From contig JAUCBJ010005318.1 in assembly GCA_032718475.1 (NCBI GenBank), positions 1 through 64,000 on the forward strand: a DNA stretch of 64,000 nt, read 5' to 3'. This document shows positions 12,001 through 22,228 of this stretch, piece by piece. Both the position numbers and the translations under genes were made by a program. The DNA is from Nemertoderma westbladi (taxonomy: Eukaryota > Animalia > Xenacoelomorpha). The notes under the pieces were generated by a model. The model had not been told where the DNA came from and did not search any database. It was given only the letters and a program-made list of their open reading frames with translations. Position 1 is the stretch's first letter, and every line of letters begins with the position of its first letter.

Positions 12001-14212
12001 CAGTATAGATGCGTGTAGGCTCCATACCTTGCGCATGAGATACTTCAGACCTAACGGGTTGACACATTGTTACAAGGGGTGGTGGTATACCCCTTTGGGT
12101 ATTTACTAATTTATCGCGCTCTAGCGCGATACTTTGCTGCACTTCTTGCAACTCTAGTTTACTTTCCCTTACCGTGCCCTTAAACTGCTGGACAGTCTCC
12201 TGCATCTGCCCGAGCAGAATATCCATCCCCCGCCGTCTCTCGTCCACCCATTCGACCGCCGAAGCGGGAGTCGCCAACGATGTAGCGGGCGGACGAGGGA
12301 CAACGGGCGACAAATTATGAATATTTCGCTCGGGGTCCAGGACCTGAACTGTCTCCTGGGCAGTTCTACGGGGCACAGGTAGCTTAGTGCTATGTAGAGG
12401 GAATTTAGCGGTAACTTCAGGGAGTACAGGTGTGTCTATCACCGAAGGGGTGATTTCGAGAACAGGCCTAATTGTTTCAGGCTCATCTACTATAGTAGGG
12501 AGTCTTTCGATTTTAATTATTTGGTCTGTAGGTTCTGTACTACCTAAGTTGGTGCTATTTAGTTGCCTTCTAACAGCTGGAGGCAAATCAGGCAATTTTT
12601 GACGGTGGAACGTTCTTTTACGTCTGCTTAGACGAGATCTATTTCCTTTGCCTTCCGTATCGGTGGTATTGCCTTCCTCAGATGATGTATATCCCTGTCT
12701 TTTGGGAGTAGATCGATTCATCATCTGCATATTACTAGCTGTTAACTGTTTGTTTATGCAGTCTTGATTCTCTTGAATGTTTTCCAATTCTAATTGGTTG
12801 GTTTCTTCAGCCGCTCTCCGTTCTGCTTCTACCACTGCCTCCACCACCTTTCTTTCCGCTTCGGCTGCTGCCTTTGCCTCTGCCGCTGCCTCTGCCGCTG
12901 CCGCTGCCGTTTTTCTTTCCGCTTCGGCTGCTGCCTTTGCCTCTGCCGCTGCCTCTGCCACTGCCGCTTTTGCCTCTGCTGCTGCCGTTTTTCTTTCAGC
13001 CTCTGCAGATGCCACTGCTGCTGCTACTGCCGCTGCCTTTCTGTCTTCTATACGTTTTTTCTTTACTTGTTCTTCCCTTTCTCTAGCGATGCGGAGTTGT
13101 TCATCGAATTTAGCTTGGTTCGCCGCTAACCTATCTACATCAATTGCATCCAACACAAGTTTGGCTCCTTCGCTATTAGGGCTAAGTCCCTCTAACCTTC
13201 TCCTCAACTCTGCGTCTCCTACAAAGCGCTGATAGTCTGACAGATAGATGTCAATGGCATCCTTCTTATGTGGTTTCTCTGCCGTCGCTTCACTTTCCAC
13301 TTGGGAAAAAGTAGCGTCGGTTGATTCTCCATGGGTTGAGCGCTCCTCCAACTGAGCTTTCCACTGAGCTGCTCCTTGAACCTGGCGTCTCACTCGTTGA
13401 AACCAAGTCTTCACGGCAACTTGCAACGACGTGTCTTGTCTTCTTTTAGAAGCCTCCTCAAAGGCGGATAAGATTAGCCTAATTCGCAGAACTCTTTCTC
13501 TAACTTGATAAAGCAGCGATCCCTGCTCTTGAGGTCCTTGAGGTTGTTGAAACAGTTGTTTTTCTACTCACTCCATAGAGCTGAAGAATCCTTGTGCGTA
13601 TCCGGCTGCGGACCTCTTCCATACAGCTGGATCGATGGTTTCCTTGGCTACTCCCATCCGGTGTATGTCTTCCCAGGCAGCTTCTGATAAATCAAACGGG
13701 AGTCCGGGTCCGGGGAAGTTCCATTGTGACTCGACAATAGACTTCAGTTCTTCACTCGTGTATCCCGCATAACTATCTCTAGTTGGTCGTTGACTTCTCG
13801 CCCAATCGATCTGGTGTTCTTCCACCGCGATCAATAACCTAGTGAGTACGGCTGCAGGAAGGATGAGAAGGGGATCCGTATAAACCGCATCCGTCATCTC
13901 TGCTCCGCGCTCGGGTGTCAGCTCTACAGTATCCTCACTACTGGAGCTGCTGGGCCGCTGAGTAATAAGTTCTTGACTCGCGGGTTGTTGCTGTTCCGCT
14001 GCTTCTTGGTCCCGCTTGACCTGAGCTCGGGTGCCTATGATAGACCTACGATGTTGGACTAGCCTAGGTTCTGTTATTACTACGGGAGGGATGACCTTCC
14101 TCACAGTGGGAGGTGAACTGGACTTACGACTAGAGGGTTCTACACCTCTATCCGAGTCGCAGATAGTTACATCTAATAGACTGTCTGACAGGTTCTGCTT
14201 AGTATCAGACAT
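6062..14212 (-). CDS. BEL/Pao Gag-Pol polyprotein (2717 codons), interrupted by one in-frame TGA at 13568-13570
   Basis: ORFs 13568-14212 and 6062-13426 share a frame and the codons between them are open. Motifs: DUF1759-like gag region, three zinc knuckles (CALC..H..C, CYNC..H..C, CAKC..HH), protease LLDSGS, RT YMDD, RNase H FGDAS, integrase H..H..C..C plus VDLFGP/SDKGTNF/WERLIRSVK DDE residues, and a C-terminal DUF5641-like segment. Confidence 0.95.
12830..13040 (-). repeat. Ala/Glu/Lys-rich coding tandem repeat in gag
   Basis: The peptide AEAAAEAKAAAEAERK is repeated and the DNA shows repeated GCCTCTGCCGCT units. Confidence 0.85.
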
Positions 14213-15589
14213 ATTTATATGTACAGTTGAATGCCTACTGCTATATTACAGTCTAAGCAAGTCTAGTAATTCAGTATCAACTACTAGCCTAGCAATTAAC
14301 TACCGACACTGCTACTCAATGTAGAGTGATATATATATATAATATATTAGAATACCAGTATGCTTATATTATATATAAGTATTATTACAGACTAGGTTTA
14401 TCTCAGAATACCGGTATAATTTTAGCACAAATATATATAAATATATAATAGGCCTATCGGGAATACCGGTATACAGCTTACAGTTTGTAGGATATATAAT
14501 TCTGAAATAGAATTAATTACAAGTACCGGTATAATTTCAGCCTAGATTTATAGAAATAAAGATAATAGGCCTATCGTAAATACCGGTATATCAATTATTT
14601 CGAATAATTGAATTTCTGTTACTTTAGGGTTACTTTGTTACTTTACTTACTTTATTACCGTTATTTGAGCAGTAATCCAACTGATATTGGGACCTAATGG
14701 TTGTATGGTAGGCCTACTATTTATAAATCGTTAGATTTGATTTATAATATATATATACCCGTTTTACTGGGTTTTTCAATGTTGAAATAAATGTTATTAT
14801 TTCTGGGGGTTAATCACTGCACAAAGCGGTACGCTTTCAGTGAAGTGTTACTTATAGGACACTAAAACAAATAATTCTAATTTACCTAAGTTACTTAATA
14901 CTACAAATTACGTACAATTCGGGTTGAGATTACAATCTCTAAATAAACACAAAAATTTACAAAAAAAACACAAAATACGAATTTTTTAGGGTAAATTTAC
15001 AAGAAGTCTACAAACCAGCCTAACAAAGGGTTAGAATCTGGTTATTACAACGGACAGGGTACTACGGTATTTGAAAATAATAAGTAGTAGTAAATACACT
15101 GCGTTGTCTAGATAGGAAAATACCACCGCCTGACGACCTATGGCCGTATCGCTATAGGTTCTACGTTATGTATCACGGAGTGTTCCTACCTAGAAGTTAA
15201 TAGAGCTAATCGAAGGTGCCTATCAACCACTTTACAACACAAATATAATGCCTACAATAATTACTTTCGGAAAGCACTGTACACTAAACCCTAAATTAGG
15301 TACGAGTACTTGTACAACAGATAATCAGTAGTTAAATATACTTGAACAGTTAAAAGAACCACGGCATCTGCTGGAGTGACCGATGCACAAAATCACCAGT
15401 CTTTACCTACGCCAAGCAGCCCGTGTAGTACCGAGGTTAATTTAACTATAGCGGTATGTATAACAAACACAATTACTGTAGGAACAAACTTGGGGAATAT
15501 GAATGTTGCGAATAATCGCATAAACTCTGAATAATAAATATTACGCTACGCGTACAAACTACTCAAACAAAATGCAGACCAAATACTGA

Positions 15590-16110
15590 CAGACTACCAT
15601 CAAGCCTAAACAAACTACGGTATATGCAGACTCCGAAATAGTTAGGTAGTATGCGTTCTAACCCAGTAGTACGACTTATTCTTTAGCTGGGGGTTTACCT
15701 TACAGCGTTCGCTGCCCCTACTTCCTAACCGTACTCAATCGGACAGGTGCTCTACACACACTACAATCCGTTCAGACCTGATAACAGCCAGACAATTATC
15801 CAGCCTACAAATTATCCAAATAAATATTATACGATACCCGTACAGACTTACACAAACAAAGTACAGACTAAACGATGGTAGACTACTCTCAAGCCTAAAT
15901 AAACTACAGGACATGCAGACTCCGGAATGATTAGGTAGTATGCGTTCTAACCCAGTAGTACGACTTATTCTTTAGCTGGGGGTTTACCTTACCGCATTCG
16001 CTGCCCCTACTTCCTAACCGTACTTAACCGGACAGTTGCTCTACACACACTGCAATCCGTTCAGACTTAACAGCAATCAGACAACAGCTCAGCCTACAAA
16101 TTGTCTGTAC
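15590..16110. repeat. Direct repeat (2 copies, 289-bp offset) in the retrotransposon 5' leader
   Basis: The core TTAGGTAGTATGCGTTCTAACCCAGTAGTACGACTTATTCTTTAGCTGGGGGTTTACCTTAC is identical at 15642 and 15931. Confidence 0.9.
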
Positions 16111-16401
16111 AATCTGATCAGGTTTACACGCCTTCTGTTCAATACTGGCCTACAAACAAATAAAACTTGACAGAAATAAGTAAAAATCTCAATAAAAAAC
16201 CAGGGCTGCAGTCCCTGATTAATTATTAAGGCCTACCGGTATACAACTATCAAAATCGAATAATACTGCTGTACTTATACGGAAGTACCGGTCCGGGTGG
16301 TTAGGTAGTCAGGCCTACTGGTACCGGTTCTGGCAGTTGGACCTACAAATGTACCGGTTGACCGGTACTTTCAACTTTATTGCTTACTGCAATAAAGAAG
16401 C

Positions 16402-16413
16402 TATATCCTTTAA
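16402..16413 (-). promoter_or_regulatory. Non-canonical primer-binding site TTAAAGGATATA, complementary to LTR 17179-17190
   Basis: It abuts the 5' LTR, has no TGG (the complement of tRNA CCA), and has a perfect 12-nt reverse complement inside the LTR. Confidence 0.6.
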
Positions 16414-17681
16414 TGTTCGCGCTTTCAGACCTTTGGCAGAATTATGAAGAATTAACCGCCAAATTATGATGTCTTCTAGATATTAAATCGCTTTTCTGCC
16501 TACGACAAGTATTTGATTCACTACACTAGTCGAAACCAATCCGTGCGCGATCATTCACCCGCTGGTTATCCCCGGGAGATTGGGTTCGACGGTTTAATCT
16601 TATTGCTATGTAAGCCTAATGTATTATTCGACTGACAGTATTATATAATCTCTGACAATATTATTCACCTTCGGGAAATATTAACAGTTCCTTTAGGACG
16701 TGGCGCTCTATCTATATAAACAGAGTCATGACTTAAACTACTCACAACGATATGGTTTAGTTATAATTAACATATATGGCGCATTCTTTAGGAAATGCTT
16801 CTTTAACAGACTCACTCATACACAATGCTGCACAATACTGCACACTAATCTGCCGATCTTCACTGATTTTAGTCACATATAAAAGGAACACAGGCTGACT
16901 CATGTAGGGTCTATCAAATAACATTAGATTCACTTCAAACCACTTTAACATAAGTCACAATCGTTTATCTGTAACCCTTCTCTCTTACCTTCGGTATATC
17001 AAGAATATTGGGTTTCGGGGTTGTTTCTCGTTATTCCAAATATAATAATTCATCCACAAATATAATGAATAACCGACAGCAAATAGCAGTATAAAACAAC
17101 AACTGAACACTGATTGTTATGAGTTTGCAATGTTTCAGCAGTCAGTATGTATGATTAGTTAGCAAGTCATTAGAAGTGTTAAAGGATATATGTCCTTATA
17201 ATTAAACCTGCTAGTGTTAAGCTAAAAAGCAGAAAAGCACAAAACACTATAAAGCCGTTCTTTCGTGGCTTTGAAAAACTCGTGACTACTAGAATATCAA
17301 ATACACTTATTCCACAAAGCTCCCGTTCAACACAGAGGATGAGCAGTGAGATAGGAAAATTTCAGTTCAGTAGCTCAGGATTGGTTAAAATCCAGGATAA
17401 CTCAAATTCTATTGGCCGATACGGAAAGCTGCAACGTGGCAATATCAGCCGTTAGCCGTCGTTATGGTAGCGACACTGTTTTCAAGAGTAGCGAGCCTTT
17501 TACGTCATGAAATTGCAGATTATGTCCTCTAAAGTACAAATACAGTTCAAATATAGAAGAAATGACTTTTATGTCCTCTAAAACACCAGTACAGCAAGGA
17601 CACGGCCTTTTTATGCCTGGCAAACCAACTACAGAGTACTTTAAGGGAAAATAACCGGTTAATGACGCAAAAGCTTTTACA
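16414..17681 (-). repeat. 5' LTR (1268 bp)
   Basis: Near-identical to 1993-3250 and followed by the TSD GGTAG. Confidence 0.97.
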
Positions 17682-18340
17682 GGTAGAGAACGCCTCGTAA
17701 GATTTTACGGTAATAGATATCGAGTATCGAGTTAGTCTACTTCTCTTTGCGACAATGCCCCAATGCGGAATCTCATGCTGTAAGTCAGGATTGGCACCGC
17801 TATTTCATTCCAGAGGTAGTTAAAGAGTATTTACCTTCAGCCACCGGACTGTCCAGCCATTTCTGTGGAATATACCAATATCAGCAACTGAAGCGATCGT
17901 TCTAATACACTGCGTGATGCTGTCATTCTTTGCACTAAATTTGTAACCAAGTAAATGTTAGTGATGGGTGAGCTGGTTAATTATGGTAATTATGAGTTGT
18001 TTATAATTAGGAATGTGCAGTGGTACCTTGCTGTGACTGTTACCTGGAAAGGATACCCATGAAGTTTTGTCAGGCTGGACATCTAGGCTTATGGCGCGTA
18101 GACTTTGAGTGATGATTGCAACGTTATGTTCCGCTTCTGCAGCTGGCCTCGCCATGCAAAGGATAAGGATGACATCCGCATAAGAGACGACGCCCAGCCA
18201 GACGTCACTAAGTTGCCATCCATAACCTTGTTCGTCTAACTTGGAGAAGGTATCTCTTAGGTACAGGTTAAATAGTAAGGGGGAGAGCAGGGATCCCTGT
18301 TTGACTCCTTTAGTGAGGCGGGTACCATCTAGGGTTACAC
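17682..18340 (-). mobile_element. 5'-truncated, decayed LINE reverse-transcriptase fragment
   Basis: The minus strand translates GVKQGSLLSPLLFNLY...SYADV (degenerate YADD)...LDVQPDKT and later PILTYS. Stops and frameshifts are present. Confidence 0.85.
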
Positions 18341-18700
18341 CTGATCATAATTTAAGGAATACAACTGTATATGAAGGTAATACGCCAGTAGGTCAGAGCA
18401 AATGTAAGGATTGATGTAAGGACTATTAAAACGTGCTAAGCACGATAAAGTGGGGCTCTATGACAGAGTAATGTCTGTGTGAATAATTTCTAATTAAGCA
18501 ATGCTTGTTGGTTACTACCTTGCCTTGCTACTACCAAATTTCAGATGAATCTGATGGTTAGTTCTATAATTACTTTTTCGTTTCTGTCAATTCGCCCCCT
18601 AGCGGCATCTGTGTGTAGAATTTCTATACTTTTGATAGACTATAGATATGTACCAAGTTTGGTTCCATTTCATCCATGATTGACTGACTTATTAGCTTTC

Positions 18701-18781
18701 AAACCAGTCAGCCAGCCAGCCACAAACAAACAAACTAATAATAGCTGCAGGAACCTGAGCAGCAGAGCTCCAGTGATAATA
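18701..18781. repeat. Dispersed repeat end; an inverted copy lies at 63907-63987
   Basis: GCCAGCCAGCCACAAACAAACAAACTAATAATAGCTGCAGGAACCTGAGCAGCAGAGCTCCAGTGATAATA matches the reverse complement near the window end. Confidence 0.8.
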
Positions 18782-20286
18782 GCGTTTCTTATACAGTACT
18801 GTAGGTCCATTTATCACACATCAGGTCAACTCCAATTCGTGGTTGATACCAAAACCGCTAACGTCATGACAAAAATAACATTATTCGTTTCATATACTGT
18901 ATAACACACCATCATACAAAGATAAAGATCTTGTTTAGCATCCCGCCATGGCCAGACCAGGCAGATGCCAATAGCTAACAATGACTGGTCAGCGGAATAG
19001 CCGGACATGAATGACCTGAGGCAACATCTTCGCCCATTAAATGATTACAACTTAATTTGATATTTAATATTTGATATGAATTTAATAACTTAATTGAAGT
19101 TGTTGTGAGGAAATATAGATACCGTAACATGTGCTATGATTCCGGTTAATTGTTTTGGTTAGAATTACAAACCATTGTGACCTGCTCCTTTCCCTTATTA
19201 ATAATTAGCGAGAGACGGTTTCTCGACGGCGAACAAATTTAATACAACCTATAAACCAATGGAGCAACTTATATATGTTTATCAGCGACCAGCACTAAAG
19301 GAACCGAGTGATGGTGTGGTCCAATTAGTACCAGTGAAACATCCAAACGGTCAATTAATAAATACGAGATCATGAATACTTCAACAGTAATGTAGATAAA
19401 CCATAGGAATTAATTATCCAGAAAAAATGAAAGACAAGCCAACTTGTCCATTGTCGAAGGTGATATATGAATGGAGTAGCCATCCCCCCATCAAGGCTAC
19501 ATTGAGTATACAGTATCTCAGTCTGAAATATACCTCGATTTCACAATAATAATTGCACAATGAATACACAGGAGGTGGTTACTAAAGAAAATCTATTAAT
19601 TTATAATTAGAAGGATTTAGGCTGATTGGGTAGGGAATTTGTTTGTATGGTAACGAAATGTAGCATTACATAAAGCAATACAACAGTAAATGGATTAATG
19701 AATTATTTTATAGACTGTTACTAAAAGTTGGCTTTATAATTGTGGTAATTGGTGCGGATAAATAATAACATGAGGAATATAAATAGCCGGGTATTATTAT
19801 TTATACTGTATATGTAACCAGAACTACAATGAATGTAATAGCTCGAATTGGCATGGATTAAAGCAATTAGTCTAGATATCACATATAAACACAACCGTGC
19901 TAAAGGCTCTCCAATATACACAAGTTCATTATTATAAAAGTCCCTTAATAAATTATCGATTTTATTAATTGTAGTTGCTTATGTGTAGAACAATTTAATC
20001 GATAAGTCATTACAAAATTCCAGCTTATTAATTAAAAATATTACCTTTCAGATTTTAATTCTTAGAATATCTTTAGTAAGTTTCTGACATTTTTCGGATA
20101 TAGAAATGTTCCTGTATTTAAATTTGAGAGCAATATGCCCTGCCCAGTCGCCCTAGCGAATTAATTATATTCAGCGCCATACCAAAGATAATAACATTTA
20201 TAGGTCTGTATAATATTTAAATAAGTAATATAGCAACCGTAAGGTAGCTTACCAATCTATAGCAAATCAATCGGAAAGATACAGGA

Positions 20287-20358
20287 GCCTCCATGGTGTA
20301 GTGGTTAGCATACCTGAACGTTTATCAGGAGCCGCGGATTCGATCCCCGCTGGTGGCG
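20287..20358 (+). mobile_element. tRNA-derived element (SINE head or tRNA pseudogene) enclosed by an inverted repeat
   Basis: A-box TGGTGTAGTGG, anticodon arm CCTGA-ACGTTTA-TCAGG and B-box-like GGATTCGATCCC. The acceptor and T stems carry mismatches. Flanking inverted repeat at 20252-20267 and 20378-20394. Confidence 0.7.
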
Positions 20359-21008
20359 AATTCATTTCTTCTGCTACATTTGCTATAGAGTTGGATCATC
20401 CTAAGTCCTGTTTAAATTACTTAATAATATTTAAATAAGTCACAACAAAATTAATGACAATTTCACCGAAATTAATCATTCCAGCAAACATCAACCAAGT
20501 ACGGCGCCAATTTCAGAAGTGAACATTTTCAGGTAGTTGGTAGTTATTTCATTGAAAATTACGGAAATGTTATGGAAAAATGGCACCATTTAAAAACCGT
20601 AGCCAATGGGGGTTTATTTAATGACCTACAGAATGACTTACTACTGCAATTCAAGTACCGGTAAGTCACCCAGAACAACACGCATGTCGTTGTCACCTTA
20701 AATGCACAAAATTCACTAACTTAATGTCGTGATCGTATTAGACCCCAACGACCGAATGCCCACCCACTAAACCATGTGCTTTATGGTTGCCTGGTTTATA
20801 AACTCTTTTCACCAGGAATACCATTAGCTAGAAATATTAACATAGCACTGTGCGCCACTCTGCCGAAATTGAAAAAGCATAATTTACAAAAAAAAATTAA
20901 ATTAAAATTGAAAAAAAAATTATAGAATTTTTCTTGATTGCGTAATTTTGGTGTAGTTATATTTACATAAAATCCTATTAGTTGACCGGTTATTATATAT
21001 TCCCTAAA

Positions 21009-22181
21009 ATGGAACACTTAAATACATCCCCTAATCTCAAACTTTATAATATTAATGAGCCAATCATCTTCGGTACAAGTCTGAGAAGCCCAACCAATCA
21101 AATCCCGTATATTCCAAACTTAACGTCAACAATAGCCAATCATAAGACGGTTACTGATTTATCAACACCAGAGTCTACAATAGCTCCAATTGATAGGTCT
21201 AAACCCCATGAACAAATAGCCAATCATAAGGCAGCTCCTTCCGCTTCAAACAGCAGACCTCAAAAGCGGCATTCCGAACATTTTTTACCGAAGTCGACTC
21301 ACATGCCGAGCTACTTTATAGACACGTCGAACGGACATAAAGAAACTTCTGATAAAGTGAATAATACGAGGCGGGGGAGTGTGATCGGAACGATATATCC
21401 GGAACAGATGGGAACAGTTCTAGGGAACAGGGAACAGTTCCCGACATACAGCGGCGTCCACGCAGAAAACAGTCGTAGCAACGGACCAGCGGATAGTCGT
21501 CCTAGCAACAAGACGGTAGGGCCGGACAGTGTCCATAGCAACCGGACAGTTGGCTCGGATAGTCGGCACTACGAGAACGTAAAGAAGCGCAAACTTCTTA
21601 ATTACCCGAGAAACGATGTTAAAACTCCCAACGCCATCAAGCGAGTAGTAATAGTACCGGATAGCCGAGTGGAGGACGTTTATAAACACGCGTGGTACAG
21701 AGAGGTGCAATTACAGCTGATGAAACGAGGAGTTGAATGCGTTCTTAAGGATATGGACGACCCATTCTTAGCGAGAGAAGTCTTCTGGGTAAAGTACATG
21801 AAAGATAAACTGAAAATCGACGAATCTACAGTAGTCGTAGCTCATGGAATCGCTTGTGCTATAACTATGAGGTTCCTAGAAACGCATAAAGCCAATGGGG
21901 TTGTTATGGTAGCTGCCTATTCTAATGATTTACACGACTTCGATGAGAAATGTTCCGGGGCATTCGATCGGGACTGGCGGTACGACGAGATTCGAGGGAA
22001 TTCCTCGTGGTTCGCCCAACTCAGTTCCAAGGACGACCGCAAGGTGGCGTGGCGCGAACAAGAGTATGTAGCCAATAAGCTGCAAGCGGATTTGTACACT
22101 TTTGAGGATCGAGGACATTTTGTGGGTAACAGATTACCCGAAGTTACTGATATAATTGTTCGGAAGATGGGAACTTTATAA
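21009..22181 (+). CDS. RBBP9: RBBP9-like alpha/beta-hydrolase-fold protein with a long low-complexity N-terminal extension; catalytic Ser absent
   Basis: The C-terminal ~180 aa are colinear with RBBP9 as I recall it (VVIVP, WY, MxDPxxARExxW, DExTxxxxH, MRF/YxETH, AYxxDL, SG.FxRxW, SxDD, WxEQ, DxGHF). First ATG at 21009; upstream exons cannot be excluded. Confidence 0.85.
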   Translation: MEHLNTSPNLKLYNINEPIIFGTSLRSPTNQIPYIPNLTSTIANHKTVTDLSTPESTIAPIDRSKPHEQIANHKAAPSASNSRPQKRHSEHFLPKSTHMPSYFIDTSNGHKETSDKVNNTRRGSVIGTIYPEQMGTVLGNREQFPTYSGVHAENSRSNGPADSRPSNKTVGPDSVHSNRTVGSDSRHYENVKKRKLLNYPRNDVKTPNAIKRVVIVPDSRVEDVYKHAWYREVQLQLMKRGVECVLKDMDDPFLAREVFWVKYMKDKLKIDESTVVVAHGIACAITMRFLETHKANGVVMVAAYSNDLHDFDEKCSGAFDRDWRYDEIRGNSSWFAQLSSKDDRKVAWREQEYVANKLQADLYTFEDRGHFVGNRLPEVTDIIVRKMGTL

Positions 22182-22228
22182 GAAAACAGTAAATGTTAAT
22201 TTCAGCACTTTTTAAAAGTTATGTATAA

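Larger units (their letters stand above)
1993..17681 (-). mobile_element. Full-length BEL/Pao LTR retrotransposon (about 15.7 kb)
   Basis: Two near-identical LTRs with TG...CA ends (1993-3250, 16414-17681), a 5-bp TSD GGTAG (1988-1992 and 17682-17686), and a gag-PR-RT-RH-IN polyprotein with BEL/Pao motifs. Confidence 0.97.

Noticed and set aside
8637-13232. Plus-strand ORFs antisense to gag-pol (for example 8637-9242 and 12777-13232)
   Set aside because: They are shadow ORFs of a long coding strand and its Ala-rich repeat, with no recognisable domains.
16395-16413. PBS resembles the 5' start of mitochondrial tRNA-Leu(CUN) (TTTAAAGGATA)
   Set aside because: It has the same sense as that tRNA rather than being complementary to a 3' end, so it could not serve as a primer site.
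20313-20332. Minus-strand CCTGATAAACGTTCAGG as a collapsed hammerhead
   Set aside because: It lacks the GA, stem II and G of the core, and is fully explained as the anticodon arm on the other strand.
20287-20358. Functional tRNA-Asn(GTT)
   Set aside because: It has a T-T mismatch in the acceptor stem, A-C at the conserved T-stem closing pair, a non-canonical anticodon loop without U33, and no T4 terminator directly after.
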